The notes below the pieces were generated by a model that was not told the DNA's origin, made no database searches, and saw only the letters and a program-made list of their open reading frames with translations. From an uncultured Planctomycetota bacterium (GTDB taxonomy: Bacteria > Planctomycetota > Planctomycetia > Pirellulales > Lacipirellulaceae), in contig CAVRBU010000006.1 of assembly GCA_963719315.1 (NCBI GenBank), forward strand, positions 32,001 to 96,000: a stretch of 64,000 nt of DNA, given 5' to 3'. Shown here piece by piece: positions 61,859-64,000 of this stretch. A program made the position numbers and the translations under genes. Position 1 is the first letter of the stretch. Each line of letters opens with the position of its first letter.

Positions 61859-63799
61859 ATGCCGACCGAAAACGCATCATTTGCAGGCTTGAAGGTCGCG
61901 TCGTTCGAAAGCCGGCGGGCTGAAGACATTGAACGCATGATCGTCAAATTCGGCGGCGTGCCGTTTGTCAGCCCTTCGATGCGCGAAGTATCCGTCGGCC
62001 ACAATCGGGCCGCCATCGATTTCGCGAACCGACTCATTACGGGCGGCGTCAACGTCGTCATCTTTCTTACCGGCGTCGGCACGCGGATTTTAGTGCAGCA
62101 AATCGAGCGGCACGTCGATCGCGAACGATTTCTGTCAGCGGTCAGCGACGTGAAAACGGTCGCTCGCGGGCCCAAGCCGTTGGCCGTGCTCAAAGAACTC
62201 GGCATCACGCCCACAATGGTCGTTCCCGAGCCAAATACCTGGCGCGAGATGCTTGCCACGCTTGACGAAAAGCTGCCGGTGGCCAATCTGGTCGTCGGCT
62301 TGCAGGAATACGGCGTGACGAACCGCAGCCTTGTCGCCGGTCTGGAGGCCCGCGGGGCGACGGTCGAATCGGTTCACGTTTACGATTGGGCGCTACCCGA
62401 AGATTGCGGGCCGCTCGAACAAAACATCCGCCGCATTGCCGCCGGTGAGATCGACGTGGCGATGTTCACGTCCGCGAACCAGGTGTTCAACCTGCTCAAG
62501 CTGGCCGACGAGTTGGGCATCGTGGACGAACTCCGCGCCGGTTTCCGCAACCTAATCGTCGCCTCGATCGGCCCCACGACCAGCGAAATGCTCCGCAACG
62601 AAGAACTCCCCGTCGATATGGAACCATCGCACCCGAAGATGGGACACTTGGTCACCGAAGCGGCGGAAAGAGCGGGGGAGCTGTTCGCGCGCAAACGAAT
62701 GATCGCGCAACAGATGGGCGATTTCGGATTTCGGATTTCGGATTTCGGATTGGCAGAGAAGAACAGCAACCTGCGCGACAGCCCGTTCATGAAAGCGTGT
62801 CGGCGTGAACCAACGGACTTCACTCCTGTTTGGCTGATGCGGCAGGCCGGGCGGTACATGCCGGAGTATCGCCGCGTTCGCGCGGGGCAGACGTTTTTGG
62901 AGCTGTGTCGTAATCCGCAGTTGTGCAGCGAGATCATGTGTACGGCCGTCGAGTTCCTCGGCGTCGATGCGGCCATCGTCTTTTCCGATTTGCTGCCGAT
63001 CCTCGAACCGATGGGTATGGAGCTCGAATTCGCCCAGGGCGAAGGCCCGCAGATCCACAACCCGGTCCGCGAATCGGCCGACGTCGATCGCGTTGCCGAA
63101 CTGGAAAGTACCGATGCACTTCACTTCGTGATGGAAGCCGTGCGGCAAACGCGGGTCGATTTGCCGCAAAGAATTCCACTTATCGGTTTCGCCGGCGCAC
63201 CGTTCACGCTCGCCAGCTACGCGATCGAAGGGGGCGCCAGCCGCGATTTCCTGCACACCAAAACGCTGATGTACCGCGACCGCGCCGCGTGGGACGCCCT
63301 TCTGTCCCGACTGTCCCGCGCGATCGTCGTGTACCTCAATGCCCAAATCGCGGCCGGCGCCCAGGCCGTGCAACTGTTCGATAGTTGGGTCGGCACGCTC
63401 GGCCCGGACGATTACCGCACATACGTTCTGCCCCACGTGCAAAAAGTGATCGCCGGCATTACGCCCGGCGTGCCCGTGATCAGCTTCGCTACCGGCAACC
63501 CGCAACTCTTGCCGCTGATGGCTGCGGGGGGAGCGAGCGTCATCAGCGTCGATTGGCGTATCCGACTCGACGATGCTCGGCAACTCATCGGCGAGGATCG
63601 CGCCATCCAAGGCAACCTCGACCCCATGGCTCTGCTGGCCGACACCGCCGAACTCCGTCGCCGCGCGGCCGACATCCTGCACCAAGCGGAATACCGCCCC
63701 GGCCACATCTTCAACCTCGGCCACGGTGTCCTGCAACAAACGCCGCCAGATAACGCGCGGGCGCTGGTGGACATCGTGCATGAGTTGAGTTCGCGTTAG
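61859..63799 (+). CDS. hemE: Fused uroporphyrinogen-III synthase (HemD) and decarboxylase (HemE)
   Basis: N-terminal ESRR, FLTGVG, SIGPTT; C-terminal WLMRQAGRY, FDSW, NLGHG. Confidence 0.92.
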   Translation: MPTENASFAGLKVASFESRRAEDIERMIVKFGGVPFVSPSMREVSVGHNRAAIDFANRLITGGVNVVIFLTGVGTRILVQQIERHVDRERFLSAVSDVKTVARGPKPLAVLKELGITPTMVVPEPNTWREMLATLDEKLPVANLVVGLQEYGVTNRSLVAGLEARGATVESVHVYDWALPEDCGPLEQNIRRIAAGEIDVAMFTSANQVFNLLKLADELGIVDELRAGFRNLIVASIGPTTSEMLRNEELPVDMEPSHPKMGHLVTEAAERAGELFARKRMIAQQMGDFGFRISDFGLAEKNSNLRDSPFMKACRREPTDFTPVWLMRQAGRYMPEYRRVRAGQTFLELCRNPQLCSEIMCTAVEFLGVDAAIVFSDLLPILEPMGMELEFAQGEGPQIHNPVRESADVDRVAELESTDALHFVMEAVRQTRVDLPQRIPLIGFAGAPFTLASYAIEGGASRDFLHTKTLMYRDRAAWDALLSRLSRAIVVYLNAQIAAGAQAVQLFDSWVGTLGPDDYRTYVLPHVQKVIAGITPGVPVISFATGNPQLLPLMAAGGASVISVDWRIRLDDARQLIGEDRAIQGNLDPMALLADTAELRRRAADILHQAEYRPGHIFNLGHGVLQQTPPDNARALVDIVHELSSR

Positions 63800-63801
63800 T
63801 T

Positions 63802-63973
63802 GGGTGCCACTGGCTCTGCCAGTGCTCTTACTGCCTAACCCTTGTGGCCAATCCTGCCAGTTACTCTTCCAGCGGTTTAGGCTTTCGATCGTCTACTGAT
63901 GCTGGGGGGTTGTGTGGTAGTTTTGAGTGCAAGGGGCAGGCTAAAAAAAGCACTGGCGGAGCCAGTGGCACCC
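63802..63973. repeat. REPIN (GGGTGCCACTGG family)
   Basis: GGGTGCCACTGGCTCTGCCAGTGC..GCACTGGCGGAGCCAGTGGCACCC. Confidence 0.8.
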
Positions 63974-64000
63974 ATTCTATTGGTGTTTCTTTTGCCGAAC

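Noticed and set aside
1..64000. Widespread pseudogenisation; tRNA, rRNA or prophage genes
   Set aside because: The frameshifts are motif-biased indels in otherwise intact genes; no tRNA cloverleaf, rRNA or phage genes were recognised.

Overview
High-GC chromosomal window from a planctomycete, probably Pirellulales. This assignment rests on planctomycete cytochrome c domains, fhcABC C1-transfer genes, an ECF sigma plus Ser/Thr kinase pair and dockerin-like/PEP-CTERM tails. Core or semi-core blocks are: sugar/C1 genes (1-12 kb); copA; an ECF42-type sigma factor with DGPF/VOC/SRPBCC/DoxX genes (36.7-44.3 kb); a GDPD, glycerol-1-phosphate dehydrogenase and MFS operon; and lgt-panC-folK plus a hemD-hemE fusion. 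The most striking accessory structure is an integrase-less integron cassette array at about 14.7-20 kb. It has about 9 attC-like sites of several types, including a hybrid site, a 49-bp mini-site and an empty cassette, and an IS sits at its head. Other notable items are toxin-antitoxin pairs interleaved with duplicated PEP-CTERM tails, a long IS110 transposase with a candidate bridge/seekRNA region, an HNH nuclease, two MITE families (some copies with 5-bp target duplications), many REP-like palindromes and a candidate ~435-nt ncRNA. About 11 genes are frameshifted, 10 of them at or next to GCGC, which suggests a systematic sequencing artefact rather than gene decay. All functional calls come from motif recognition by eye; no searches were run.
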